From Pseudogymnoascus verrucosus (taxonomy: Eukaryota), in the NCBI GenBank assembly GCA_001662655.1, contig KV460269.1: DNA of 64,000 bases; one strand, given 5' to 3'. The first letter of the stretch is position 1. Every line of letters starts with the position of its first letter. Below are positions 36,562 through 50,289 of the stretch, piece after piece. The position numbers and the translations under genes are program-made. The notes under the pieces were generated by a model. The model saw nothing but the letters and a program-made list of their open reading frames with translations, ran no database searches and had not been told where the DNA came from.

Positions 36562-37189
36562 GTCGTGCTGCGTGAAGCTGCAAGTAGTATCCGAGCGGCG
36601 ACGGTTCCCGAAAGGCAGATGCGCCTTTTCGTTATATATAGATATTCAGGGAGCCTCTCAACAGCATCAGAAGGCCGAGGTATAAATTGGGCGGGTTTCT
36701 CGGACTCAAATCGTTCGTGGGCCGCTGGATGTCATTAATGTACCCAAGAATCGTGAGGATTGGATCGTTCTCTTCGTTAAGGGATAAGGAGTCGAAATTA
36801 TGACTCTAGAGAGCGTGGAATCCTTGTGTGCTATATAAATACTTCGAATGTCAGGGCAGGCGTAAGATGTAGTCGTCAATTCTGTGCGCAGTCATGATGG
36901 AGCAAAGCCAAGGTCGTCAACCAAGTCTGGGCCATGATAGTGAGTGACCCTGGAGGTAGGCTAAGACGCGCGTCTGATTGGTCCGCTCGTATAACCAGCA
37001 ACCTTATGACCGAGCCATGGGTTAGAAATCCGGGGAAGAGATGTTCCGGTGATGCGGGACAAGGCTGTGAGATCTGGATGAAGCTCATAATACCCCCCAC
37101 TTGCCAGAGCAACAAATATTGACGTAGTATTGGGATGCACAACAGTACGATTTGAACGTCGGACATGTCCGAAGGTGAAATTTTCGACA

Positions 37190-40100
37190 ATGTCAACGAA
37201 CAAGGCCGCGCTGAAATCCATCGGCTCAGCGATCCAGGCGCGCAATTATGATGACGCTGTTTCCCAAGCACAGAAGCTCCTAGCTAACGATCCACAACAC
37301 TACCAAGGGTTCGTCACCACCTTATTCTTGATATTTACTGTGGCTGTTAGGAAATACCAATTGTTGCTATTGAGCAACATGTCTTTCATTCGGCTTCAGT
37401 GGCTGTAGGGGTTGGACCATTTCTGACACCAAACAGGAACCTATTCTTGGGCTTTGCATACGACAAACTACATAAGGTTGCAGAAGCAGAGCAGGCATAT
37501 GACCGAGCGACAAAATCAAAGCCAGAAGACCCCCAAGCATGGCAAGGCCTTATAAAGCTATATGAGAATCAAGGTAGCGCAAAAGTTGACGCGTACCAAA
37601 ATGCTGCTACAAGATTGGCCACAATATATGTCGAATTGGACGACCGATACAAGTGTCAAGCCGTTATCGACACCTTTACGGCCTTTGCAAAGAATCAAGG
37701 CACTCGAAGACAGCATCTCAAATCACTGGAAGTACTCTTGCCCACCAGTCCAGTGTATGATTACCTCGAGGGAAGAATCCCACACCCTTCATATACGTAC
37801 CAAACAATCGCCCAAATCACCGAGGCCGATGAAAAGGAGCGTATGAACAAGGAAATAGGTGAACGGAGAACTCGACTAGGTGCCAAGATAAACCAAGTCA
37901 CTCTTGAAGTCCGACGTGAGATATTCAGTGAAAGCCCCCTCGAGGATATTTACAGCAAAATTATCGACTGGTCAAATGACGACGATATCAGGCGGCAATA
38001 CGAAGAAAAGCTCTTGCAGCGCTGTTACGATGGGCTACTCGTTTCGCCAGTGGGCTCCCAAGAGTCGAAGCGGGCCAAGGTTCAGAAGCTAGCTGGTGAT
38101 ATGGTTATCATCAAGCACCCCTTCAAGCTGGCATGGGATATAAGTGTAGAATGGCCGGATTATCCGACCTTAGTTGAGTGGGATGCGGGAATTCTTCGCG
38201 AATATAGCTCGTTTTTCCCTGGCAGTGGGCTCGCAAAGGTTCTGAGCGGATACATGACGAGCGAAATATCGCCGTTTCCAGCTCCGCCGCCCTCGGAGAA
38301 GGACGAACTGGACAAAGACTCTGACGATAGCGAAGATGACGATGAAGGGGGTGCTCCTCTAGATCCGAGTGCCCCAATTGAAGATCGCTTACTGCTCATG
38401 ACAGAGGGCATGTCTGAAGCTTCTGGCTCGATTCTTGCTCACCGTGTAATGGGAGAGTACTATGCATTCTTAGATGAACATGAGAGTGTGGTGGAGCTTA
38501 TGCGTGCTGGCCTGAAACTCATTACTTCAGAAAGTACTAAGTCTGGCCTGCCATTTACCAACTCGACACAATATCTGAGGGCTCTCCTGGGCACTGCTTT
38601 AGTCTACTACCAGTCGCCCAAGAACCACCCAGAAGCAAAGACAATTTTTGAGGAATTATTGACACAGAATCCAACATCAACACCGGCATTGATTGGAGTA
38701 GGCCTCATCTATGAAGAAGACGAAGACTTTCCTTCTGCGATCGATTTCCTCGAGCGTGCGCTGCAGAGAGACCCAAATAATATTAGAATCCGAGCAGAGG
38801 CAGCATGGGTGAAAGCCTTGAATGGAGATTACGAAACTGGACGCGATGGGCTGGAGTCCTGTCTGGAAAAAATGGATGGTTCGGATTTACGAAGCCGCGA
38901 ATTACGCGCCGAGACCCAATACCGCATTGGAATATGCATATGGAATTTGGACACATCCAAGGCAGCGCGGAAGGATAGGTCTGGGGCATATTCGTACTTT
39001 TTGGCTGCTCTCAAATCGAACATGAACTTCGCGCCAGCATATACGAGCCTTGGAATATTTTTTGGCGACTACGCGAAGGATAAGAAGCGAGCACGGAAGT
39101 GCTTCCAGAAAGCCTTTGAACTATCATCTGCCGAAGTGGTCGCTGCCGAACGCCTGGCTAAAGCCTTTGCAGAGCAGGGCGACTGGGAGCTTGTCGAAGT
39201 AGTATCACAAAGAGTTGTCGATTCAGGAAAAGTAAAGCCCGCTCCTGGATCCAAGAAGCCTGGAATCAGCTGGCCATTTGCTGCACTGGGTGTTGCAGAA
39301 CTCAATAAGCAAGACTACGCTAGAAGTGTTGCCTCGTTCCAAGCGGCGCTACGAATCTCACCTAAGGATTACCACTCCTGGGTTGGCCTGGGGGAGAGCT
39401 ATCACAACTCGGGGCGATATATCGCAGCAACAAAGGCGTTTACTCATGCCGAAACATTCGAACAGGAGGTCGAGCAGCAAAACACTGGCGACACCTGGTT
39501 TGCTAAGTACATGCTGGCGAATGTTAAAAGAGAGCTGGGTTCTTACGATGATGCTATACAGCGGTACACAGAAGTTCTGGATCTGAAGCCCGAAGAATTG
39601 GGAGTTGAAATGGCTTTGATTCAAACCTACGTGGAAAGTGCTTGGGATAGTATCGACAAGGGACTGTTTGGGAGATCCGCTAAGCTGGCCACAGACGCAA
39701 TTAATTTGGCACAAGCGCTCATTAGTCGGGGGTATGATGCTTTCAATATTTGGAAGTCCCTTGGTGATGCCTGCTCTATATTTTCCTGGGTACAAGGCCG
39801 TCTACCTGACTTTCCTCACCTTGTGATAAAAGAAATCTTCCAGACCGAAGACGCCGGAGAGAGCTCTACGTTGTTCGAAGACATCGACGGTGTTGGAAAG
39901 GATGTCGTCTTAGCCGATGGATTGTTCCCTGATGACGAGCAGGCAGCAGTTAACCTTACACGATGCTTGCACGGCGCGTTGCTTTGCCATAAGCGAGCCA
40001 TACAAGCTTCCGCCAGCGAAGTCCATGCCCAAGCTGTTGCATATTACAACCTGGGCTGGTCGGAATACCGAGCACACGTTTGTCTTCGTCCGAAAGCCAA

Positions 40101-41565
40101 GAAATCTACAAGGTACCTGAAAGCGGCAGTCAGATGCTTCAAACGAGCCATTGAACTTGAGGCTAGCAACGCAGATTTCTGGAACTCTTTGGGCGTTGTC
40201 ACAAGTGAGCTATCGCCGAGGGTCGCTCAGCATTCCTTTGTGAGAAGTTTGTTCTTGAATGAGAGAAGCGCCCAAGCCTGGACAAACCTAGGCACGTTGG
40301 CCTTGCTGCAAAACGACCACCAAGTGGCAAACGAGGCCTTCACTAGGGCGCAATCAACAGACCCTGAGTTTGGCCACGCATGGGTTGGACAAGGCCTCGT
40401 TGCTCTCTTATTTGGTGACCCCAAGGAGGCACGCCTTCTGTTCACCCATGCCATAGAAATATCCGATTCGTCTTCTACCCTTACCAACCGCCAATATGCC
40501 CTCTCGACCTTTGACAGTCTCCTCGGCGCTTCTGCTCAATCCAGAATTGAAGATCTTGTCCAGCCGATCTTCGCTCTCAATCAGCTCCAGATCCTCTCTC
40601 CAACAGAAATCCCCTATCAACATCTCGCAAGCGTATTCCTCGAGCGAGTCGAAAACACCATGGCGGCTCTTTCCATCCTGGAAACTATCTCAACTAATAT
40701 CGAGGCTGACTACGAAGTTACCGAGTCCCCGGTATCTCTCACCCGTTTTGCGCTTGCTCGAGCAGACCTTGCCCGCGCACAGTTCACAGCGGGTGACTAC
40801 ACGTCAGCGATCAACAGCGGAGAGACATCCCTCCAGCTTAGCGCAGAAGACGCTGGAAACGAGCTCACACCTGACCAGCGCCAAAAGTGTAGGCTGTCGG
40901 CCCATCTCACAGTTGGGCTCGCATACTACCATACCGAGAATCCCACTGAGGCAGTCTCCTATATCGAGGCAGCCCTTGCCGAAGCAGCGGGCAATCCAGA
41001 CGCTATATGCCTTCTGGCCCAAGTACTATGGGCGACTGGCTCTCAAGTCTCTTGTGATAAGGCAACGGATAGCCTCTTTGAATCCATCGATGCCAACCCA
41101 GGCCACGTGCAGAGCGTGCTACTTCTTGGCACCATCTCTCTATTAAACGAGGACACCGAGTCTCTCGTCGCCGTAATCGAGGACCTCCACACTCTACGCA
41201 CAAGCTCCAACATCACGGATGAACAGCAAGCAGCCGTAGGGGAACTTTTGCGGGCTTCCGCTGCTCTGGAGGAGGAGAATGCAGAGGCTGCGGTTCTGAG
41301 AGAGGTTCAGACGGATGTGTTTTTGTTCCCGAACCAGCCCCCTGGATGGACCAGAATGGCTGATTTGAGCGGAGATCCGTACGCGAGCGAGATGGCTCTG
41401 CGGACTGCTGTTAAGTCTGCTCCACCCTATGGTCTTGTGGAGGCAACGGAACTTGGAAGGGCGTTTGCAGGTACAGGGAAAGTGGGGGATGCGCAACGTG
41501 GGGTTATGTTTGCGCCGTGGAGGAGAGAGGGGTGGGATACACTGGCTGCCTTGGTGGAGCCGTGA
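37190..41565 (+). CDS. SKI3: Superkiller complex TPR subunit
   Basis: About 1400-aa TPR protein with EIGERRTRLG, AFELS and LGESYHNSGRY; intron 37309-37436. Confidence 0.9.
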
Positions 41566-41738
41566 TTGGGTATCATGGTAGATTAGACATTATAACGAGA
41601 TTTATGTATGGTCATGAAAATAGAAATGGTGACGAAAGATAGCATTGATTTCAAATCGCTTTTTTATTTCATTTCTACGATACTGGACTATTGCTTCGCC
41701 TTAATACCTACCCCGCCACTAATGTGCGCCGGGTTAGA

Positions 41739-44101
41739 TTAGAACATGCCCAACAGATCATCATTCGTCTTCTTTCCATTCTGGCCCTGCAACTGCGTTT
41801 GCGGTGGCGGTGGCTGGGATGATCCGCCAAGATCCATCCCCGCGAACCCATTCATCAAATCGTTACCACCTGGTTGAGATGGCGCTGGTGCGTCAAACAA
41901 GCCCATCATGTCATTCATACTGCTTGTCTGCGGCGCACCGGCGTCTGGGCTTGCAACCCGTTGGGGCGTGCCAGCTAGACCCTCTAGACCTGAAGCGCCA
42001 CCAAGTGGAGGTGCCTCCGATGATGCTGGTGCTGCGCCATCGAAGTCGATGTCCAGGAGGTTCTCCGCATTGTTCTGGGATGTCCCGGCGGTAGTTGCGA
42101 CGGAGGCAGCGATCGGGTTCTCGCGCGCATTCTGCATCTGCTCCTGGATGGCAGCGTGCTGGATGGCATCGGCACCGAAGCGACCCTGGCCAACAAAGGT
42201 CTCCGGCGGCTTGTGGTATACGGACGCGAGAGTAGATAGCTCGGTTAGGAGCGACTCGAGGAGCGAAGGTGGCAGTGAGGTCATCGTTGTGGTGATTGCG
42301 GGCTTGTCGGAGAGGATAACAGATTTGGCAGCGTCGAGGTCGCCGGAAAGGAGACGCCAGTAGACGTAGGCACGGTCGCGGATATCAGGGTTGTCGTTTT
42401 CGGCAGTAGCTTGCTGCAAAACTTGCTGCACAAGTGTTTGATTGTTGTCCGGCTTCTTGAGGAAGAGCTTAACGACAGCTGTGAGGATTTGGAGTTGTGT
42501 CTGGTAACTCAACGTTAGCTAGTGTGGTCTTACCTTGTACAAATGAACAACTGACCTGGGTATTCTCGTCCATGAAGCCTTCAACGAAACCAGATAGGAT
42601 CTCGTCTGCATTGCTGATCTTTTCCGCATACTCTCCAACAATCCATATAAGAGCGCCACGGGCTTCAGGCTCGTCCAACTCGTCGATGTATTTGCATAGT
42701 GTCGGAATAATGCCCTCATACCCTGGGTATTTCCTGAAGATATCCTTGATGACAACAATAGCTTCTTGGACGACGTAATTAACCTTGGTAGCGATAAGAT
42801 CCAATAGCGTATTCACGCACTTCTCACTGGCACTCTCGATTTTAATAGCAACCTGTCCAATGGCCTTAACAGCGCGTCTGACAAAGTCCATATCCACCTC
42901 AGCTCCATATTCTTTCAGCTCCGCCAAAAGTTGATCGACGTTCTTGTCGTTAGCTATCCGTACCATAATTTCAAGTTTCTGTAGTTTGACGTATGGGGGG
43001 TCATTGTATTTGCAGAAGAAAACGCGGAGTTCCTTGCTTAAAATATCGGGCTTTGCTTGCAGGAGGAGGTCGATGTTCCTTAATGCGACATACTGAACTT
43101 CAGGGGCTGAGGCGACGAGTGTGACTATCCAAATTAGCAAAGCACTTCCCCAACAAGCGTAAGGTGGGGTTTCATACCTAACGGAGGGGCCATCTTCCTT
43201 TGATATTGTATTTGCTGCTCTTGTGTAAGGTTCCTCATGTGGAGGAAGACCACCTTCACTGCAGCAAGAACAACGCTGGGGTTGACATGCTGGAATTGTG
43301 GCGATACCCTTTCGCATATATGCTCAGATTCCTTAACATCAGCTGCTTTGTAGTCGGCAAGAGTCGTCAAGATCGTAACCCGACCCCATTCAGTGCATTC
43401 CGTAAGGGCCATGATCATCTTCTTCAGTGTGACAGAAGTAATCCTCAATGCCTTTGTCTCGGGCGCAGCCTCATTTATCTCAACTAAAGCCGTGACAGAG
43501 TTGGCGACAACCATGGGGTTGGGATCGCCAATCAACTCTTGTAGCCTCTCCAGAAAGCCGTTCTCGATGCACATGGTTGGATTTAGGTCGAACAACTTGG
43601 CAACACATATCGCAGCTGTTTTCCGCACGTATGGGGACTCATCCCGGAGAGTCTTTCGTAGCGGCTCCTCCATATAATCCACCATCTTATCCACCCGAAT
43701 GCATCCCATTGTCCGTATGGCAAGAGCTCGCACCAGGGGGTTCGGGTCCTCCGAATCTTGAACAAAGGTATTGACGGCGAGAATGCATAGATCCGGATGC
43801 GACTTTGCGTAATTCCTATAATAAATTGTCAGACAGCATTCAAATAGCATCAAATATCAGGCTAGACCTACATTAAATACAGGTAGACAAGCTTCTTCTG
43901 GTCCAGGTCTGGCGTTGCGATATTCTTCAACACATCTGGGAATAAAGCGGACACATCCTTTCCAAGCGTCATAGACATAATCGTCTTTTGAATAGACTCT
44001 TTTCGTTCCCAGGCGTACTGCGACACCAGGCCAGCCCTGAGCTCGAATGTCTCTCCCTTCTTGGGCGCCGCGAAGGCCCCACGTATCTTATTTACCGCCA
44101 T
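41739..44101 (-). CDS. APL2: AP-1 clathrin adaptor beta subunit
   Basis: [61 protein letters not shown]; three introns. Confidence 0.93.
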
Positions 44102-44488
44102 CGATGCGGTGGATGGCGAGTCGAGGGTCCACCCCTCATACGTTTTAAGCCTGTTTGCAGTAGAAGTTAACCGCGAGGGCTACGAGTATGAAGATATGAG
44201 CAACTCTGGGTGCGACAAAGGTGAGGGTGGCAATGTGGAAGAAGGAGGCAACTGTCGAAGCTATCCACCCGTTGCCCGATATAGCATCCGTGAGTTACTT
44301 ATCAGCCTTCTCGATGCGTCGGAACGCTAGTGGCGGAGCGGAGCGGAGTCTTGGCATTTGTGGTTGTCTATATTGTCATGGACCACAACACCCAACCAGA
44401 GAACATACCGTACAGTATATGCAAGTAAATCGCCCTCTAAAATGGTAAGTTGCAAAGCAAGACATATCTTGATCCAAGTTTTAATATA

Positions 44489-44713
44489 ATGCAGTCTAAT
44501 TTCCCAAATCTACGCCGCCTCTTTGTGGAGGCTCGCACCGATGCTGAAGAAAGTACCTACTCGAGGACAGCTGTGAGATTTCGCGCCTACCCCCTATTTG
44601 GAGTCGAGGCTAATATATCACAGTTCTACAACCTTGTGCTGTTCCTATCTTCAGTCACTGTCTTCAGTCTTGCTGCTCAACGCGTCAGGGGTGGGAAAGT
44701 CACAGCTCCATGA
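44489..44713 (+). CDS. Small (~57 aa) single-pass membrane protein of unknown function
   Basis: In-frame 51-nt intron 44573-44623 (GTGAGA..GCTAAT..CAG); hydrophobic segment FYNLVLFLSSVTVFSLAA. Confidence 0.6.
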   Translation: MQSNFPNLRRLFVEARTDAEESTYSRTAVRFRAYPLFGVEANISQFYNLVLFLSSVTVFSLAAQRVRGGKVTAP

Positions 44714-45164
44714 TGAGTGTCTAACGGTGTCACATGAGCATGTCGGATACCCTTACTTAGGCCTATGACGGATTCTGGCTGTAATCTGGCGGGCACTGGT
44801 ACGAGTATTGCAGATACTATATATGTGGGCTCTGTCGACTTAGCTTGGCGTTCGGGGGTATCCTCTACCTTGGATTTATGAGCGTTCGTAGTCACGGCTC
44901 TGAGGTTGAATATCACGATGGATACCAGTGAGCGGCTGGATGCTGCGTTTTGAAGATTAGGCCGCAAAGAAGAAGCATCAGCACCGAATGGATTGTGGGC
45001 CATCAGAGACTCAGTCGCCAGGAAACAAATGACAAAGCGGGTATATACGAATTCGGATTAGGTATCGCTCAGCTACGCCTGTCATAGTCTCATATAATCT
45101 CATCCTCTAAAGCCAGCCCAAGTGTCGCATAGCCATACTCGAATGGTGCAACTCTACGAGCCAC

Positions 45165-45723
45165 TTAGACAACCTGTCTAACCTTGCCGGTCTCAACCTC
45201 ATACACCCATCCAGTAATGGGCACCTCGTCATTTATCAATGGCGTTTCCTTCAACAACTTCACATCATCCCTGACGGCATCTTCAAGCTGTGGGAATGTC
45301 TTGAAGTCGCCTCCAAAAGCACCCAAAGCCTCCTTCGCCTCCGCACCAAGGTTCTTCTCCACAAGTCCCGTCGCTACGTCGTCGTCGAAAGTGAGCATGC
45401 CACAGCCGGTATGCTTCACGAGGATGATCTCGTTTGTGCCGAGAAGCTGCTGCGAGATAACGATTGAGCGTAAAGCATCTTTGGCATTGGCGCCTGCATT
45501 TCGAACGACGTGGGCATCGCCGAGGTCAATACCATAGGCAGCGGCGGGGTCGATTCTGGCATCCATGCCTTAGGACAGTCAGATGAGAAACGTTTGGGTT
45601 GAAGGGAAACGTACAGGTGAGGACAAGGTACTTCTTTGCAGGTGGCAGTGCAAGATGACCCTTGGTAAATGCAGCGGAATATTCGGTGTTCTTGTCGACG
45701 AGGTTCTTCTGGATCTCCGACAT
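45165..45723 (-). CDS. Beta-class carbonic anhydrase (small clade D type)
   Basis: LTCMDARID (across intron 45569-45614), RNAG, HTGCG zinc ligands. Confidence 0.93.
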
Positions 45724-47019
45724 GATTTCTGATGGGACAGGGATCAAATGCTTTGGTATTTCAGGGTATATATGAGCTTCTTTGAGTAACGAGATGGATG
45801 GTTCCAAGGTTTCGATGTCGTCTTGATATTATATAGGGTTCCTTTTTATCATATTACCTGCATTATCACCGCGGGATGCCTGTTATTATATAATAGCTAG
45901 CCATACAGAAGCTTCCGTCGTCGCACCTGGGAAAGATGAAGCCATACTGTCGATCATCCCCAATGTAGACATTTTAAACCGGCAAACAACTGAATGGGCG
46001 AATTGCACCATGGTAGGCCAATTGTCACCTTTAGATAGGGATGGCACCATACTCCGGGAGTGTTGTTTGAGGTGAAGGTGGTGACAAAATGCACCAAGAT
46101 AGGCCTCATGGTGCATTGGAGGTGTTCATGCTGCCCAATCCTATCAAACCAAGCACACGGATCAAATTCTGTACGATATGATACGGCATGACAGGCACGG
46201 GCCATATAAGGCGTGATGCCTTATTCGGACCTTGCTTGATCCGAACGGGAACTTACACTTCCAGGCTGTAAAGCTACCCCTCACTGTAAAATCATTGCAT
46301 GGTGTAATTCAGAGGAGTTTTACAGCTATCCGAGATAGAGTTATGACACTGCCTATTAAGTCACATATCAGAGCAGCTAATAACTTGTATTGAAGTCCAA
46401 CTTCTGTAGCAACGCATCACAAGAAGCTAGCTCAAAGGCGCTTATGATGGCGGGGTTCAGGGTCCTGCGCCAAGACCATTGTCTCGGCGGGGTTCAAAAA
46501 TAAACTTTTTGGGTTGCGGGGTAGTCGCGTGAAAATCATACGATTTTTTGAAAGCTGCTTTCATAGAAGGTATAAGGAATGGAGTATATAGAGCTACTTT
46601 GCATGCTAGTCTAATAAGCTTAAAATCGAGTATGTGGAGTGCCCGGTGAAAACATGCGAGTTTACCCTGGTTAATTTAGGCATATGGAGGTGATTGAGGT
46701 TATATCACCAGATCGCGAGGCAAGTAACAATAATATGACTCTGGTTCTGGTAAAATAAATGTGCCGTACGCCATAGGAGAAGAATAAATTGGGTCAACAA
46801 CGATGACACACGGAATTTTGTATTCTGCTCAGGTATATGTACCCCTCTTTCTATGTTCATCAACCCGTATACCCAGTCTCAAGTGGGCGGAGGCTTCCCA
46901 CGACACCAGGCATCAATCATGAAGTCCTGTCTATCACCCTCGTGCTCCAGTAGCTGTCATTTCGTAGCTGTCTGCTCCTCTCCTGTATGCACACCTTGAC
47001 CCCTTGCATGACCATCCAC

Positions 47020-47442
47020 CTAAGCTAAGGTTCCCGTCACAACTTCCCCCGTCGTCGCCTTGCCTGGTGCAACAGTGCCAGGGGCCTGTTCTTTCCATTG
47101 TTCCGGTGTATAGCACTTCGGCGTCCACGCATGGATTGCTGCGATCTCCGCCTTGAGTGCGGTGTTCACAAGTCTGTGTCGGGCGAGTGTTGTCTTTTTC
47201 GCAAATTCTGGGGAGACAATGATAGCAGAGAAGGCTTGTCCGCATCCACCTAATTATGTCAGCTTCTGATCTTGTGCTTGCTTCATCTACCATTGCCCTC
47301 TATGCTAGTAGCCTGGAGAGGGAGGTGGTGGGGAGTCGGGCTACTTACCTGACATATCTTCAATTTCCACATGTGTCGCGCCGATCTTCTCAGTGAGTGC
47401 GGCCTTCAGCCCTGCCTCTGTAACGCCCGACGCCTCAGCCAT
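47020..47442 (-). CDS. BOL2: BolA family protein (cytosolic Bol2/Fra2-like)
   Basis: [33 protein letters not shown]; intron 47250-47348; alternative upstream ATGs up to 47538. Confidence 0.85.
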
Positions 47443-47660
47443 GGCGAATATAATACGAAAATCCTCTGTCGGCGTGGGTTTATCGACCTTGTTCTCCGCG
47501 GCGTTATCAACAGTAGTTTTGTAATCAGTCATCGTCATTTTAGCAAACAGTGCAAACAGCTACGGGGCGGGAGCTACTGTAAGCGGCGGGGAGCTTGGCA
47601 CCCCTGTTGATTCGGAGGCAGTTATGACGGAGCTTCGATGCTCCACAAGACTTTGGTGAT

Positions 47661-48937
47661 ATGTACTCGACGACCTTCAGTAGAAGATTTGGGACAGCTG
47701 CAAGAATGTCTAATGCTTCATCGTCGCCGTTTACGCAGGCTGTCGTGGCGGCTGTGAGGAACTTGTACGTGTAACACACCATTCGATGTGTTGTGAGCAA
47801 CGAGACTAATTCCCTTGGAGGTATCCCGAGAAACTGGCGGATAGCAGTTTTGATAACACCGGACGTGAGTTTTATACACCTTATTATTGCTCTTTGTTGC
47901 CTCATAACAAAGAATTATCGCGTCTCTGAATCAAAACTAACACGTGACAGTTCTCCTTGAGGCGCCACATCGGAAGAACCATCTGAAGAACTCGGTGCTT
48001 TTAACGGTAGACCTTACGAAGGGAGTCGCAGATGAAGCAATTAGGAGGAAGGACTCAGTAGTCATTGCATATCGTGAGGCTTATATTCCTATTCAACCAA
48101 GAAGTTTGCTAAAAAACTATTACTAGATCCAATCATTTTCCGAAGCCTGAAAGCTATCACCCTTGCAAACACCCAGCAACAGTCACTCCTCCGGCTAGCT
48201 CAAGAGGGTATCAGTGTTTACTGTCCGCATACAGCGGTTGATGCTGCGCCTGGCGGCCTCAATGACTGGCTCGCAGACGTAGTAACAGGAAAGGCAAACA
48301 GCGAAGGACTAAGGTAACAAACATTCCTAAGCCTACCACAGTACCAGAACTAACTTCCCAAAGCAACGCCGCAGCACATACCAAGGAGGTCATAACCCCA
48401 GTCAAAGATGCCGTTCCAGGCTTCGAAAGCGCCGGTTATGGCCGCATTGTCCGCTTCGAGCAACCTCAACGACTCGGCACGCTAGTAGAACGGATCACAA
48501 ATGGCCTTGGCCCTCTATCAGGAATCTGTCTAGCTGTCCCACAGGATACCCCCACGGGTTCCAAGGCAGATCTTAAAATATCCTCTGTTGGGATTTGTGC
48601 TGGCTCTGGCTCGATGCTTAATGGGCAGGATGTGGACTTGCTGTTCACTGGGGAGCTGAGCCACCACGAGGCGCTGGGGGCGATCGAGCAGGGCAAGGTT
48701 GTTGTCACGGCGTTCCATAGTAACTCGGAGAGGAAATTCCTGAGCCAAGGGATGAAGCAGGACCTGCAGGCGCACATCGCCGAAGCATTGAAGGCCCAGG
48801 CCGCGAGTACGAGGCTGGATGGCGCAAAGCCGGTAGCTGGGGAGGCCCCGTCTGATGTCGCCGACTTTGAGGTGGCGGTTAGCGAGGTGGATAGAGATCC
48901 GTATGAGATTATCGTGGCAGGGTCGAGTGGTTGGTAG
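47661..48937 (+). CDS. NIF3: NIF3/DUF34 family protein
   Basis: YPEKLADSSFDNTG, LLTVDLT, AYHPIIF, YCPHTAVDA..GGLNDWL, GICAGSG, TGELSHH, HSNSER; several short introns. Confidence 0.92.
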
Positions 48938-49024
48938 ATATGAGGGCGAAATGTAAAATAGCTCACATAGCCTGCAACTATTTGATAGGTTTTGAAGTTG
49001 GCATCAGAGTTGTGGCTGTAGAGG

Positions 49025-49988
49025 TTATTTTTTCGCCTTTATATTAACCCAGCTTCGCTCGTTCGGCGGTTCCCCACGTAATGCCGCTTCACCGTCATCA
49101 ATGCAATCCTGCACATCCATTCCGCCTTTGCCTTGCTCTTTCCAAGTCTCTAGAACTCTGAGCACTGGCTCCCACACGTTTCTCGCATCTTCTTCGTTGC
49201 CCTCCGCTACCAAAGTTCGTAATCTCTCAGGGGTATCAAGCACCTTTCGAACCGCATCTCTCGTCTTCCTCCTCTTCACCGCCTTCTCCCTATCTTCTTC
49301 GCTCATCTCTGCCTCGGCATGCTGGGTGGAAGTCATTGAAGCCCTCAGATCAGCCTTGGCAGCATTCGCTCTCTCATATATTTGTGCAATTGCGGGGTCC
49401 AGCGTCGAGGCCATTGGATTCAATGGATCCATATTAGCCCTCATCTTCCTTATCGTCTCGGTCGCAGCAATTAGTTTGGAGTAGTTGTCATAAACAAGGG
49501 CCTTCTTCTCTGCGTCCAAAGCTCTGATGTCTATTTAATAATGGGTTAGCATTTGCCCATCCAGACAGCCGCCAATTCGTCATTATTCCTGGGCTAGGAA
49601 CATATCATCACTAACCTGTCAGAACCCCATTATATGTTCTGAGCAGCTCCTCTAAATTTTGTGTCTCCAGTACCCTCTTCACATACACCTCCCCATCAAA
49701 GCCCTCCTGGTCCATCTCGCTCTCTTGGACATCGCTCTGGTCATTAATCGAGTACTCGCTGCTAGCATCGTCGATATCCCCTTTCCCTGATTCAGCATCC
49801 GCAGATTTAATATTATAGTATTCTCGTAGGGCCGCGCGGTTCCGCCGTGGTGCTGGGCCCCGATTGGGGGATGAGCTACCGATCCGGGGGCTGTCGATAC
49901 TGGCGCGCGAAGAGCCGGTCGGGGTATGAATCTGGGGTATTTGACGGCGGGGGAGAGAGGATTCGCGGGGGGAGGCAATAGTCGACAT
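49025..49988 (-). CDS. VPS51: GARP complex subunit Vps51/Ang2
   Basis: RAALREYY, FD..YV, IRALDAEKKALVYDNYSKLIAATETIRKM; intron 49531-49615. Confidence 0.9.
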
Positions 49989-50289
49989 GGTGGATGGCGG
50001 GATGGTGCTTGGAATTTAGAGTTGGGACAACGATGAAGTTAGAGGTAGGCATCATGCAAGGTACCACCATTCGAATATTTAGCGCAAGGCTACCAACAAG
50101 GCTGTGAGACCTTCATTTACTCGTCATCAACCATTTCTGAAGGAACAACATCTACTTGGACCCTCAGCGCATATGCGTCTTAGGAAGTCCTGCTTGAAGG
50201 TTTCACCACCTTGATGAGAAATGACTATACGACTGTGCCGTTAAATATATACGAGGTTCGGCCAGCAGCTCCCAAGAGCTACCCATGCA

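Noticed and set aside
37190..41565. SKI3 (antiviral in yeast) as part of the dynamin/BTB module
   Set aside because: Conserved housekeeping gene separated by the GH5 gene; proximity alone is not evidence.
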